Assembly (NCBI GenBank): GCA_036125855.1
Contig: JAYZTT010000009.1
Span: 7,194 to 71,193, forward strand
DNA: 64,000 bases
Reading direction: 5' to 3'
From: Planctomycetota bacterium
Lineage (GTDB): Bacteria > Planctomycetota > UBA8108 > UBA1146
The notes below the pieces were generated by a model. It did not search any database. It saw only the letters and a list, made by a program, of their open reading frames with translations, and was not told the origin of the DNA. Both the position numbers and the translations under genes were made by a program. Shown here in pieces: positions 64,000 to 64,000 of the stretch. Every line of letters begins with the position of its first letter. Position 1 is the stretch's first letter.

Positions 64000-64000
64000 G

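Overview
GC-rich bacterial chromosomal window, most consistent with an uncultured Planctomycetota (inferred from Planctomycete-style dockerin tails, sulfatases, DUF1080 and Tat-exported Gfo/Idh/MocA proteins). Housekeeping content: tolC-like, parA/parB with adjacent variant parS sites, tatA, kdsC plus a giant Lpt-like protein, scpA-fmt-rsmB, EF-G2, rpmB, galM, a sugar ABC transporter and tpx. Three things stand out. (1) A gene the ORF track truncates (38716-38048, minus): a secreted, beta-barrel-like protein with two in-frame TGA codons in a U-V-G-U motif followed by a SECIS-like hairpin, i.e. a candidate di-selenocysteine envelope protein. (2) A seven-gene, tightly coupled redox operon (6993-17268) with 19 CxxCH heme sites, a porin-like protein, a membrane-anchored FAD/2Fe-2S reductase, a cNMP-domain/4x[4Fe-4S] fusion and a His-rich membrane protein, which could form a cyclic-nucleotide-gated trans-envelope electron conduit. 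(3) Four dockerin-tailed secreted proteins (43209-59358) in two tandem paralog pairs, one with a cohesin-like domain and two being di-heme peroxidases, with a visible duplication scar. No rRNA, tRNA, CRISPR or transposase was recognised. All family calls come from motif recognition by eye; no searches were run.
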